Assembly (NCBI GenBank): GCA_963677595.1
Contig: OY782041.1
Span: 4,064,001 to 4,128,000, forward strand
Source: Spirochaetia bacterium
GTDB taxonomy: Bacteria; Spirochaetota; Spirochaetia; CAKZLE01
Direction: 5' to 3'
DNA length: 64,000 nt
Of this stretch, positions 50,083 through 60,171 are shown in pieces (the stretch's first letter is position 1; every line of letters begins with the position of its first letter). Made by a program: the position numbers and the translations under genes. The notes below the pieces were generated by a model that was not told the DNA's origin, made no database searches, and worked only from the letters and a program-made list of their open reading frames with translations.

Positions 50083-51414
50083 TTACTTAACCACGATCTC
50101 CCACAGACGACGGGACTGCTCATACGCCTGTTCCCGAAGCTGCTTCTTATCTACGTTCTGTACGGTATAGTCACGCTTTGACCAGGAGCCTGCAATGCAG
50201 ACATCCTGCACATGCTGCGGATCGCGATAGAGGATCACCTGGTCGTAGATGTTATGCTCGGTCAGTCCGGTGGGAAGGTCCTCCAGCGAGATCGTGATGA
50301 AATCAGCATCGGCACCCTTCCTGAGACGGTTCATCTCCTTTCCCGGATACATGACATCTGCCCCTGCCTCAGTCGCCATGCGGTAGACAGTCTTCCCGTC
50401 CATGACCGTTGGGTCGCAGCGATGCCCTTTATGCATGAGGAATGCCCCGCGCATGACGGCAAAGAAGTTGTTGATGTAGCCATCCGTCCCCAGTCCGCAG
50501 GTGATCCCCGCTTCCAGGAGGTCCGGGACCGGTGCGATCCCGCCGCCAACTTCGCAGTTACTCAACGGCAGGTGAGCCATCCGCACGGCATGCTTCGCGA
50601 GGATCGCGATCTCCTGGGCATCCACCTGGACGCACTGGGCTGCAAGGATATGCTCTGATAGGACACCATTCTGGTCATACCAGTGACAGGTACGCATCCC
50701 ATGGTGCTTCAAGACCCATTCCGGTTCGTATGAACTCTCATTGAGATGGAGCTGCAGGTCAAAGCCATGGTCCTCAGCCATCGAGACCGCTTCCTTCATG
50801 AACTCACTGCCGCAGGTAAACGCCGTATGGGTGCAGAGCATCCCGCCGATATGGCTGTCATCCTGGTATTCCTTACAGAACTGCAGGTTCTCTTTCAGGA
50901 TCTCCACACCCCGTTCAGGGGTGATCCTCTCGCAGGCCTCGCTGCTGAGGATTGCTCTCATGCCGAGACGCTTCAGGGTCTCGGCCTCGACGCGCAGCCC
51001 CTCGATCCCGGCGTTGGGCGCCTCGAGGATATCACAGAGGGCCGTGACGCCGCTGTCTACCAGCTCAGCCCCGATATAAGCCGTCGCAGCCTCGATCATC
51101 GGTGGGTCGAGCCGATTCTCGACCATCGGCCACCAGTAGTCCTCGAGGAAACTCTCGAAGGTCTCGAGGGGGAACGGCGGTTCGAGCCCGTGGGCGAGTA
51201 CGCCGTAGAGATGCATATGGGTATTGATGAATCCTGGTGAAAGCAGGCAGTGGTGCCGCTCGATCACCTCGGCATCAGGATAGGTACTCCTGGCCTCTTC
51301 CCAGGGGAGGATATCCAAGACATGCGTTCCATCGATGACGAGGGAGCGCTCCTGCTCTGCCTTCAGTCCTGGGGTGATTATCCAACCGGCTTCTATGATC
51401 TGCATGCTATGCAT
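50083..51414 (-). CDS. SsnA/deaminase-like amidohydrolase
   Basis: PGFINTHMHLY, H.AFT, HLNES, P.SN, LGTDG, MAT..GA, ADFI. Confidence 0.88.
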   Translation of the reverse strand: MHSMQIIEAGWIITPGLKAEQERSLVIDGTHVLDILPWEEARSTYPDAEVIERHHCLLSPGFINTHMHLYGVLAHGLEPPFPLETFESFLEDYWWPMVENRLDPPMIEAATAYIGAELVDSGVTALCDILEAPNAGIEGLRVEAETLKRLGMRAILSSEACERITPERGVEILKENLQFCKEYQDDSHIGGMLCTHTAFTCGSEFMKEAVSMAEDHGFDLQLHLNESSYEPEWVLKHHGMRTCHWYDQNGVLSEHILAAQCVQVDAQEIAILAKHAVRMAHLPLSNCEVGGGIAPVPDLLEAGITCGLGTDGYINNFFAVMRGAFLMHKGHRCDPTVMDGKTVYRMATEAGADVMYPGKEMNRLRKGADADFITISLEDLPTGLTEHNIYDQVILYRDPQHVQDVCIAGSWSKRDYTVQNVDKKQLREQAYEQSRRLWEIVVK

Positions 51415-52624
51415 CCTTCTTCTTGTTCTGTGCGAAACAGAGGGGTATCATCGCATACACGCTCGATGCGGCTGCAAGCTCCTCGACTGACAGGCTCTCC
51501 TCCGTGCCGTGGCAGAGGGATTCATCCCCAGGTCCATAGCCGACGCTTGGTATCCCGGTTATCCCGCAGAGGTAGGTGGCGTTGGTACAGAAGTCCCATT
51601 TGCCCACTACCGGGGTCTTCCCGGTCGTCAGCTCGACAGCCTTTACCGCGGAGGTAACGACAGGATGGTCCTCAGGCATGACCCAGCTCGGGAAATAGTC
51701 CTCCTGGATGATGCGGTAGCCGGTATAGGTCGTCACATCCTCGGTATCGATCGTTGCCGAGGCATCGCTCAATGCCAGCAGGCCTGAGAGTTCCTCGAGG
51801 AGCTCTTCCTTGCTCTCCCCGCAGGAGATCCGCCGGTCAGCGACAATGGTCGCACCGCCGGGGATCGTGTTCAGCGAAGGGGTATCGCATACAACAGTGG
51901 TGACCTCGATGGAGCCCTTTCCCAGAAACTCATCTTCCCGGCTGGCCTGCATCTCATCGATACCGCTGATCAGCGGGAGCGCCTTGATCAGGGCGTTCTC
52001 CCCTCTCCAGGCGGCAGAGGCATGCGCTGCCTTCCCCTTGACCTGCATACGGATGAGCGCCCTGCCCTTGTGGCCCCTGATCACCCTGCCCTCACTGGCC
52101 TCGCCAACGAGGATCATATCAGGCTTGATATCAGGGTTGAGTTCCATCATGGCCTTCACGCAGCTGCCCTCGACGTCCTCTTCCGAGATCGACCCGGAAA
52201 CCCAGTAGCTGATCTCACTATCCAGGCCAAGTTCCTTCACCGCACGGGCGGCGAACACCATGGCACAAAGGCATCCCTTGTCATCGATGATCCCGCGGCC
52301 GCTAATCATGCCGTCAGCAAGACGGGGCTGCAGGGGGTCGAATCCCCAGTCCTCGGCATCTCCCGGCTCAACCGTGTCTATATGGGCATCAGCCAGGATG
52401 ACGGCAGGTCCTGTCCCGACACAGCCGAGGCAGTTGCCGGCCTCATCGATCCGTACGTCATCGAACCCGTACTCCTTCATCTTACCTGCGAGGTACTCCA
52501 CTGCTTCCTTCTCATGGTAGGTCTCGCTGTTGATGCTCATCAATCCCATGGTGAACTGTGCAAGCTCATCCTGGTGCTCCTTCATCCACTGGTTCAGTGC
52601 TGTCGCTGTCGTTTCCAGATTCAT
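51407..52624 (-). CDS. YgeY-like M20 metallohydrolase (copy 1)
   Basis: DAHIDTV, GRG..DDKG, EED.EG, GHKGR, AHAS, WDFCTN, GYGPG....H. Confidence 0.88.
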   Translation of the reverse strand: MNLETTATALNQWMKEHQDELAQFTMGLMSINSETYHEKEAVEYLAGKMKEYGFDDVRIDEAGNCLGCVGTGPAVILADAHIDTVEPGDAEDWGFDPLQPRLADGMISGRGIIDDKGCLCAMVFAARAVKELGLDSEISYWVSGSISEEDVEGSCVKAMMELNPDIKPDMILVGEASEGRVIRGHKGRALIRMQVKGKAAHASAAWRGENALIKALPLISGIDEMQASREDEFLGKGSIEVTTVVCDTPSLNTIPGGATIVADRRISCGESKEELLEELSGLLALSDASATIDTEDVTTYTGYRIIQEDYFPSWVMPEDHPVVTSAVKAVELTTGKTPVVGKWDFCTNATYLCGITGIPSVGYGPGDESLCHGTEESLSVEELAAASSVYAMIPLCFAQNKKKDA

Positions 52625-52639
52625 AACGTATCGTGCCTC

Positions 52640-53113
52640 CTACTTGCTGTTCATGATTCCTGCAGCCTGTTTGACTGCATCGAAGATCTGATGGTACCCG
52701 GTACACCTGCAGAGGTTCCCGCTCAACCCGACCCGGATCGCCTCCTCAGTCGGTTCAGGGTCATCCTGCAGCAGGGCATAGGCGCTCATGATCATACCTG
52801 GGGTACAGAACCCGCACTGTACTGCACTGCAGTCGATGAACGCCTGCTGCAGGGGGTGGAGTTCCCCGTTCGGGGCAGCTATGCCCTCTATGGTCAGTAT
52901 ATCGGCTCCTTCGGCCGCCCCGGCGGGAACGGTGCACGAGGCTACCGCCCTCCCGTCCATGAGCACGGTACACGCACCGCACTCGCCTATCCCGCAGCCC
53001 TCCTTCGTCCCAGCCAGGCTCAGGTAGTCCCTCAGCAGGTCGACCAGCCGCTTCTCAGCGGGGAGGGTCACGGATTCGTTCTTCCCATTCACGGTAAGGT
53101 TCACTGTGATCAT
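52640..53113 (-). CDS. Xanthine dehydrogenase-family 2x[2Fe-2S] subunit (module 2)
   Basis: GTKEGCGIGECGAC, QCGFCTPG, GNLCRCTGY; start after SD AAGGAG. Confidence 0.95.
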   Translation of the reverse strand: MITVNLTVNGKNESVTLPAEKRLVDLLRDYLSLAGTKEGCGIGECGACTVLMDGRAVASCTVPAGAAEGADILTIEGIAAPNGELHPLQQAFIDCSAVQCGFCTPGMIMSAYALLQDDPEPTEEAIRVGLSGNLCRCTGYHQIFDAVKQAAGIMNSK

Positions 53114-53118
53114 CTTCG

Positions 53119-53991
53119 CTACTCCTTGATCCCGCTGCACTGGCAGAGAAGTCGATACATGACATCCCTGATCACAGGCTGCTTATAGGGGGTACTCCAG
53201 CGGTTCCCTGTCACTTCCAGCACGTAGTCCGCGCACATCCCGGCGGCCGCATGGAACACCTCGTTCCCCGCCCGTTTCCCGACCAGGGCCTGTTCCACAG
53301 GACTGAACCTGTCGGGAACAGAGAGCGCTGAACCGACTGCGATCCGTACATCCTCGATTGTGAGGTCATCCTGCAGCTTCATGAGGAGTGAGAAGTTCAG
53401 CCGTGACTTGGCTACCGCCTCACGCCTGATCAGCTTGAAGAACCTGCCGGTATACCCCTTCCCTTCGAGGCTCTGGTAGGAGATGCCCGTGAGCAGCTCC
53501 CCCTCTCTGATATCGGTCTGCTTGGGACCGGTGAAGAAATCACCGATCTTCACGTCTCTCGTGCTGCCGTCTACTCCCATCAGGTGGAGGACCGCATCAA
53601 GGGTGAGGAGGACCGGGATCGTATCCGAACACTGCGCGGCAGTGATGATATTCCCACCGATCGTCCCCCGGTTCCTGATCTGGGGCGAGCCAACCTGCCC
53701 GGCAGCGTAGTCGAGGACCAGCGAGGTCCTCCTGATCTCCTCATGCTTCGCGATCTCCCCCAGGAGCATCCCGGCACCGATATATACTTCAGCACCATCG
53801 GTGCTGAACTCTTTCAGCTCCTGGACACTGGAGATATCGATGCAGGAGAACTCCTCTTCTGATCCGCCGACATGCTGCTCGATCATGAGGTCGGTTCCCC
53901 CGTTGAGGATCAGCGGCCTGCAGGAGGCTGCCTGTATATAGACAAGGGTCTCCGCTATGGTCTTACTCTTCTGGTATGTGTTGAATTTCAT
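53119..53991 (-). CDS. Xanthine dehydrogenase-family FAD-binding subunit (module 2)
   Basis: GGTDL, IGAG, QIRNRGTIGGNI, SD, FFTGP, GELL. Confidence 0.93.
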   Translation of the reverse strand: MKFNTYQKSKTIAETLVYIQAASCRPLILNGGTDLMIEQHVGGSEEEFSCIDISSVQELKEFSTDGAEVYIGAGMLLGEIAKHEEIRRTSLVLDYAAGQVGSPQIRNRGTIGGNIITAAQCSDTIPVLLTLDAVLHLMGVDGSTRDVKIGDFFTGPKQTDIREGELLTGISYQSLEGKGYTGRFFKLIRREAVAKSRLNFSLLMKLQDDLTIEDVRIAVGSALSVPDRFSPVEQALVGKRAGNEVFHAAAGMCADYVLEVTGNRWSTPYKQPVIRDVMYRLLCQCSGIKE

Positions 53992-53994
53992 GGT

Positions 53995-56292
53995 TTACCT
54001 CTTGAGACTCCTTCCGATCTTCACCCGCTCAAGGTTCAGGGGAAGGGACCTCAGTCTCCTGCCTGTCGCATGATAGAGCGCGTTCCCGATCGATGGTGCT
54101 GCGAGTTCGATCCCGATCTCCCCGATACCCTTCGCGCCGTAAGGCCCTTCCGGGTTGGTCGTCTCATAGATCTTCAGGTCGATCGGCGGGACATCCACGG
54201 TCGTGGGGATCATGTAGTCATCAAAGTTACGTGTCAGCAGTTCTCCGTCCCGTTCTGCCATCTCCTCATATAACGCATAGCCGATCCCCTGGACGAGTCC
54301 TCCGACGAACTGCCCGTAGGCCAGGTCAGGGTTGATGGCGGTCCCAAGCTCATAGGCAACGGTCATCCGGTCCACGGTGATCTTCCCTGTGGCCTCATCG
54401 ACGGTCACCTCAGTGATCGCGACCCCGTTTGTATAGGTCTGGTAGCAGTCACCCTGCTGGGTATCTGCGTCGATATGGGCCAGCGGCGGGTTGTACCAAC
54501 CCTGTGCCGACAGGTTCGTGCCCAGTGGGTATACGCAGTAATCTATGAGTTCCTTGAACCCGCAGATCACCTTCCCGTCCTTGCCAACGAGCTGGTCATC
54601 CTTGATCATGAGTTCATCTGCCGGGATGCCGGTCTTCTTCTCGGCTGCTTCCAGCAGGGCAGCGGTCAGTTTACGGGCAGCATCGAGGACAGCCCGCCCG
54701 CCTGACTGGGTGCCACGGCTTGCCACTGTCGGGCCGCCGTCCAGGGTGATGGAGGTATCGGAATGCCTGAAATCTATCCTCTCGATATTCACTCCCAGCG
54801 CCTCGGCGGCGATCTGGGAATGGGCGGTACGCATACCCTGCCCCATCTCGGTATGCCCGGAGAACAGGAGGATGCTCCCGTCATGACATACGGTGAGCAT
54901 GGCGCTCGAGGAATCGACTCCCTCGCCCCCGAGCCCGGCACCCCGGTAGGTCACCGCGATACCGATCCCTTTCTTCAGGCTTCCCGAGGACTCATTCGTC
55001 TTGGGATAGTTCTGCCATTTCGTATCGAAACCAGCCCGTTCGGAGGTCTCATTGATCATCATCTCCAGCGGGGCGGCGATATAGCCGTCCTTGAGGACCT
55101 GTCCGCAGGCTATCGAGTTCCCTTCCCGCAGGACGTTCAGCAGCCTGAAGTCCTTGGGGTTCAGCTGCCGTTCCGAAGCGATCTCATCGATCAGGGTCTC
55201 GATGGCGAAGAGGACCTGAGGACCGGAGAAACCGCGATAGGCACCGCCGTAGATGGTATTGGTATATTTCCCAAAGAGGTCCGCCCTGATGTTCGGGATG
55301 TTATAGGCTCCGGCTGTATGGACGACTGCCCTCCAGTTGGAGAAGCGCGCCTTGTTGTTGTAGGCACCACCCTGGCAGGTCAGCCGGGACTTGAGGGCTG
55401 TTATGATGTTATCGTCATCTAACCCCACCTCATATTCCATCCGGAAGGGATGCCGCTTGCAGCTCTCGAGGAAGGATTCCTCCCTGGTGAGGTCCATGCG
55501 TACCGGTCTCCCGGTCATTGATGAGAGGACTGCACAGCGTGCGGCCATGTTCATCACGGACTCATCCTTGCCGCCGAAACTCCCGCCTACCGCAGTCAGC
55601 ACCACGCGGACCTGGCTCTCGGGGATACCGAGGGCAGTTGCCACGTTCGCCCTGATGGTATAGGGGTTCTGGATCGTGCCGTACACCTCATACCCGTGGT
55701 GGAATGGTGCCGGCAGTACGGTGATGGATTCAGGCTCGATATAGGCCTGGTCCTGGAACCCTACTTCGTAGGTCCCGGAGAAGTGGTTCGGCGCAGATGC
55801 GAACCCATTCTCGAAATCACCCTTGCGCAGGGGGAACTTGGTCAGCTCCATCTCGTTGTCCGTTGCATCAGCATGCACGAGAAGCTCCTGCTCACCGATA
55901 GCCTGGTCGAGGCTCCAGATACCTGGAAGCTCCTCATACTCGACCCTGATCAATGCGGCGGCCTTCTGGGCAATCTCGCGCGTCTCGGCGGCGACAGCCG
56001 CTATGGCATCCCCGGTATACTTTGCCTCTGACTCAGCAAAGACGGGGAATCTCCCGTACATCTCGTTGTTCCCGGGAACGTCATCTGCGGTAGCCACAGC
56101 CGCGACTCCCTGGAGCCTGAGCGCTTCAGAGGTATCGATGGACGCTATCCTGATATGGGGTTTCGGGGAATACAGCGACACTGCATGCAGCTGCTTTGAC
56201 ACCGTGAAGTCAGCGCCGAAGACGGCTTTCCCCGTGACCTTCTCATAGCCGTCGACTCTCTTGCAGCTTTTGCCGACATAGGTATAACTCAT
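53995..56292 (-). CDS. Xanthine dehydrogenase-family molybdopterin-binding subunit (module 2)
   Basis: QAYIEP, GGSFGGK, AYRGFS.PQ, EMGQG, GPTVASR, GQF.GG, AKGIGE. Confidence 0.93.
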   Translation of the reverse strand: MSYTYVGKSCKRVDGYEKVTGKAVFGADFTVSKQLHAVSLYSPKPHIRIASIDTSEALRLQGVAAVATADDVPGNNEMYGRFPVFAESEAKYTGDAIAAVAAETREIAQKAAALIRVEYEELPGIWSLDQAIGEQELLVHADATDNEMELTKFPLRKGDFENGFASAPNHFSGTYEVGFQDQAYIEPESITVLPAPFHHGYEVYGTIQNPYTIRANVATALGIPESQVRVVLTAVGGSFGGKDESVMNMAARCAVLSSMTGRPVRMDLTREESFLESCKRHPFRMEYEVGLDDDNIITALKSRLTCQGGAYNNKARFSNWRAVVHTAGAYNIPNIRADLFGKYTNTIYGGAYRGFSGPQVLFAIETLIDEIASERQLNPKDFRLLNVLREGNSIACGQVLKDGYIAAPLEMMINETSERAGFDTKWQNYPKTNESSGSLKKGIGIAVTYRGAGLGGEGVDSSSAMLTVCHDGSILLFSGHTEMGQGMRTAHSQIAAEALGVNIERIDFRHSDTSITLDGGPTVASRGTQSGGRAVLDAARKLTAALLEAAEKKTGIPADELMIKDDQLVGKDGKVICGFKELIDYCVYPLGTNLSAQGWYNPPLAHIDADTQQGDCYQTYTNGVAITEVTVDEATGKITVDRMTVAYELGTAINPDLAYGQFVGGLVQGIGYALYEEMAERDGELLTRNFDDYMIPTTVDVPPIDLKIYETTNPEGPYGAKGIGEIGIELAAPSIGNALYHATGRRLRSLPLNLERVKIGRSLKR

Positions 56293-56414
56293 AGATTCTC
56301 CTTATGGTCGTCCTCTCTCTGCAGGGATGATCAAGGTACATACATGTCCATGCATAAACCCCAAGCGATTCCACCAATTCATCCACTCCAGAGCATATAT
56401 CGTGCGTACTATCT

Positions 56415-56443
56415 AGGATATACTTGTACATACATGTTGTCAA
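56415..56443 (-). promoter_or_regulatory. Promoter of module 2 with operator in the spacer
   Basis: TTGACA-17 nt-TATCCT on the minus strand; TGTACATACA at 56425-56434; second copy GGTACATACA at 56335-56344. Confidence 0.75.
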
Positions 56444-56582
56444 TAATAAATAGCACGGTTTGAGCAATCCAACGAGATCATATATCTGGAGGTATGAGGA
56501 ACAAGAGCTGGGAAGGCCATAGAGGGACCTTCCAGCACATATGAAAAGAGACAGTATGTGGGGGATTATATTGATGACCCGG

Positions 56583-57758
56583 TTATTCTGCGAGCGTCCC
56601 CATGATGATCTCGTATCCTTCCCTAGCTTTCTCGAGCTGGTCGATCTCGATGTACTCATCGATCGTGTGGGCGAGAAACTCATCCGAGGGACCGAATCCG
56701 ATGGTCTTTATGTGCGCTTCCCCGGCATAATGGCTTCCGTTCGTACAGAAGTCATAATGGGTGAGCACCGTATCGAACCCCTGTTCGATGAGGGCATTAT
56801 AGACTGAGGAGACAAAGGGTTCGCTCTTCTGATAGGCCCACCCGGGGAAGAATCGCTCATCACCGATCGTATCGCCGGTATAGCAGAGGAGTTCAGCCTT
56901 TGCCAGGGAGACCTTCACATCAAGCTCAGGCATCGTCTCTTTCAGCGCCTCTACCGCTTGATTGATCGGGGCTAAGACGCTCTCTTTCGTCTCTCCAACC
57001 AGAAGTCTCCTGTCCCAGGTAGTCCGGCAATAGTCCGGGACGACAGAAGCCCCTGGGTACGGGGAAGAGATGATATCGACCAGCACGAGAATCCCATCCC
57101 CGAGGTCTTCGTCATGTACCGGGGGGATCACCTTGACGGCATTGACGACCTCAGCCATCTGATAGACGGCATTGATCCCGTGCTGGGGGTTTGCGCTGTG
57201 GGCAGGTTTACCGAATGTCTCGATGACGATCTCAGCCCGGCCTCGCTGACCATGTTTCACATTGAGACGGGAAGCCTCCCCGATGATGACATAATCAGGA
57301 TGGTGGTTCCTGCTGATCTCACGGGCGGCGACCCCTTCGAAGCACTCCTCATGGCAGACCCCGGCAACACAGATACTGCCCTTGAAGTTCCGGTTAGTCT
57401 TTGCTGCGAAATCACGAGCCCCGACAAGCATCGCGGCAAGGGCCCCCTTCATATCAGAAGCCCCGCGGCCGTAGACCCTGCCTTCAGAGACCTCCCCGCT
57501 GAACGGGGCATGGGTCCATTTAGACTCATCGGGGACAGGCACTGTATCGATGTGTGCATCATACAGCTGGACCGGGCCAGCTTCAGATCCGATAATGGTT
57601 CCGACAACATTCCCGTACCTGTCGCGCTCGACCCTGTCGAACGACAGTTCCCTCATCACCTCTTCGAGCACATCCGCTACCTGGCCCTCTTCACCTGAAT
57701 AGCTCTTTGCCCTGATAAGCCTCTGACAGATCTCTACTACTTCATCGCTATAACTCAT
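56583..57758 (-). CDS. YgeY-like M20 metallohydrolase (copy 2)
   Basis: DAHIDTV, GRGASDMKG, EECFEG, GQRGR, AHSANP, DRRL, DFCTNGSH, GFGP....AH. Confidence 0.9.
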   Translation of the reverse strand: MSYSDEVVEICQRLIRAKSYSGEEGQVADVLEEVMRELSFDRVERDRYGNVVGTIIGSEAGPVQLYDAHIDTVPVPDESKWTHAPFSGEVSEGRVYGRGASDMKGALAAMLVGARDFAAKTNRNFKGSICVAGVCHEECFEGVAAREISRNHHPDYVIIGEASRLNVKHGQRGRAEIVIETFGKPAHSANPQHGINAVYQMAEVVNAVKVIPPVHDEDLGDGILVLVDIISSPYPGASVVPDYCRTTWDRRLLVGETKESVLAPINQAVEALKETMPELDVKVSLAKAELLCYTGDTIGDERFFPGWAYQKSEPFVSSVYNALIEQGFDTVLTHYDFCTNGSHYAGEAHIKTIGFGPSDEFLAHTIDEYIEIDQLEKAREGYEIIMGTLAE

Positions 57759-58202
57759 ATATTTATACTCCCGACGACTGCTCCACAGCTAAGGATCCGA
57801 ACAGTCATTCTTTCATGCTCAGTATCACCCTCTGCAGATCGTCCTAAGGAACCCCTTTTTGGCATGTTCTGTTAGGTGCTATATGTGAGAATTCCTGATT
57901 ACCAAGAAAAAAGCTCATTACTATCGCACACTGATATGGGCAATGCAAAAAAAAGATATCGTAACTAAAGTCCATGAGTCAATACAAAGATTCGGAGGAA
58001 CCTCTAAAAAGCAAATCTTTGCTACATTTATGTAACTTTTATACAGACTAAAAAAAGAATTTTGCTTGTTAAAATTCAATAATACCTTGTATTTTAGAGT
58101 ATTTCTCTATACAACTTCAGCATTTTAAGAAAAATCCATCTTAAATTCTATCATACAGCATCTATCCTAAAGGTCTATTGACCAACATACGTTTCAAAGG
58201 TA

Positions 58203-58263
58203 TTGACCTCGTTGCTGGATTTTCATAAAGTTCTACTCGACAGTGATTGACAACGCTGTCAAT
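58203..58263 (+). promoter_or_regulatory. Promoter with LacI-family-like operator
   Basis: TTGACC-17 nt-TAAAGT; palindrome ATTGACAACGCTGTCAAT at 58246-58263. Confidence 0.65.
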
Positions 58264-58364
58264 TTCTATATTGCAATTAATTTTCATATAATAATACAAT
58301 ATTGTAGTTTTACTATATATTTCATACATTTATGTATCTATTCTAACAGGGAAAGGAGCTGATT

Positions 58365-59027
58365 ATGGAGAAAGTGAAGATCGTTGGGATCTGCGGGAGC
58401 TCACGGAAGGGAGCAACCCAGTATGCGTTGGAACAGGCTTTGACTGAAGCTGAGAAGTATGGTGCTGAGGTCGAAATGATCACCTTACGGGGAAAAAAGA
58501 TCAATTTCTGTATCCAGTGTGATAAATGCGTCCGAGAGAAACAGGACCACTGCGTGATCTATGATGATGACATGCAGGACTACTATGAGAAAGTATACCA
58601 GGCAGATGGCATCATTATTGCATCTCCTGTGTATAACATGGCAGCCAATGCACTGACGTTAGCGTTCATCAACCGATTCCGCTCAAGCTTCCTGATTGCA
58701 CAGGAGAAACCTGAGTTCTTCAGTACCAAGCTTGCAGCGGCGATTACCACGGGAGGGACGCGAAACGGCGGCGAGGAGACAGCCAACGGTTCGATCGTGA
58801 ATGCTTGCAGTTCGCTCGGGTTCACCTGCGTCAGCGGTGGGATCGGTACCTACACCGGGGGCTGTGTATGGAGTCAGGACCGGAAGGCGGAAGGTGCCAA
58901 GGAAGATACGATCGGCATAAACAACTGCCGGAAGATCGGCAGAAAGATCACGGTGATGGCAAGCATCATCAAGGAAGGCAAGAAGGTAACAGGGGAGTTC
59001 CCTGTTGAGGAATATGTGATCAGGTAA
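58365..59027 (+). CDS. Iron-sulfur flavoprotein (Isf / multimeric flavodoxin WrbA-like)
   Basis: GICGS.R.G.T, Cx2Cx2Cx7C, DDDM, ADGIIIASPVY, GG.RNGG.E. Confidence 0.88.
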   Translation: MEKVKIVGICGSSRKGATQYALEQALTEAEKYGAEVEMITLRGKKINFCIQCDKCVREKQDHCVIYDDDMQDYYEKVYQADGIIIASPVYNMAANALTLAFINRFRSSFLIAQEKPEFFSTKLAAAITTGGTRNGGEETANGSIVNACSSLGFTCVSGGIGTYTGGCVWSQDRKAEGAKEDTIGINNCRKIGRKITVMASIIKEGKKVTGEFPVEEYVIR

Positions 59028-59056
59028 GCCTTTATCAGGCAGTATGGAGGATTATT

Positions 59057-60145
59057 TTGGCTGACTTGAAAACGACGTTGTGCGGGATGGAGCTTGAGAG
59101 CCCGTTCGTACTGGGGTCCGGACCGCTCGGCTTTGATGCAGAGAGTCTGATAGAGGCAACTGCATGGGGTGCCGGGGCGGTCGTGACCAAGTCGATCGCG
59201 GCAGAACCGTTCGTGAACACCACACAGCATATGGCAATGAATGGCCCCCTTGCGCTGATCAACAACGAACTGGGATCCGACCTTCCCTTGAAGCAGTGGA
59301 CCTCCACGGAGATCCCCAAGGCGAAGGACGGCGGTGTGAAGGTCCTGATAGCCAGCGTATACGGGTATGAGTCCGATGACGAGGCGATCTATGTGGCTAA
59401 GGAGTGTGAACGCGCCGGTGCTGACATGATCGAGATCGTAAGCGGGTACCTGGAAGCAGGTAAGCTCTCTGGACTGATCAGATCCCTGAAGAGCTCAGTG
59501 AGCATACCGGTGATCGCGAAGGTGAATGCGAACTGGACGAATACCGACGATGTCGCCTACGCCTGTTCAGAGGCCGGGGCAGATGCGATCACCGCCATCG
59601 ACTCGATGGGGCCGGCGTATCGGCTGAACCTGGCTACCGCTCAGCCGGTACTCGGCGGCAGCGGCTACGGATGGGTCTCGGGGTCAAGGATCCTCCCCTT
59701 CGCACTGCGGTATGTACATGACATCGCCCTGAAGAGCACGGTAGACATCATCGGGACCGGCGGCATCACGACGCCGAAGGATGCCCTTGAGATGCTCCTT
59801 GCAGGTGCGTCCTGCTGCGGAGTATGCAGTCTTCCCATCATCAGGGGTGCATCGGTCTTCAAGACCCTGAACGAGGGGCTTGCCAAGCTTCTGGACCAGT
59901 ACGGCTACGGCAGTGTCAAACATGCGAGCAGGAGATCCCTGCAAGCGGATACCCTGCCGGAGCGGAGCATAGCAGATTTCAGGTTCAATGCGGAGACCTG
60001 CACCAGGTGCATGAAATGTGTCACGGTATGCCCATACAAAGCAAGGACGCTGGCTGGGGACGAGAACACCGTAGACGGTGATGCATGCAGGATCTGCGGG
60101 CTGTGCTTCGATGCATGCCCGAACGGATCCATTTCGATTATGTAA
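59057..60145 (+). CDS. DHODH/PreA-like FMN oxidoreductase with C-terminal 2x[4Fe-4S] domain (copy 2)
   Basis: SPFVLGSGP, GAVVTKS, PVIAKV, DSMGP, GWVSG..I.P, IIGTGGI; CxxCxxCxxxCP twice; TTG start after GGAGG. Confidence 0.87.
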   Translation: MADLKTTLCGMELESPFVLGSGPLGFDAESLIEATAWGAGAVVTKSIAAEPFVNTTQHMAMNGPLALINNELGSDLPLKQWTSTEIPKAKDGGVKVLIASVYGYESDDEAIYVAKECERAGADMIEIVSGYLEAGKLSGLIRSLKSSVSIPVIAKVNANWTNTDDVAYACSEAGADAITAIDSMGPAYRLNLATAQPVLGGSGYGWVSGSRILPFALRYVHDIALKSTVDIIGTGGITTPKDALEMLLAGASCCGVCSLPIIRGASVFKTLNEGLAKLLDQYGYGSVKHASRRSLQADTLPERSIADFRFNAETCTRCMKCVTVCPYKARTLAGDENTVDGDACRICGLCFDACPNGSISIM

Positions 60146-60171
60146 AGAACTAAGTATAAGGAGAATAACAG

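Noticed and set aside
57759-58364. Purine riboswitch or Moco RNA motif in the long intergenic region
   Set aside because: Only an isolated GATATGG; the conserved cores and stems were not found on either strand
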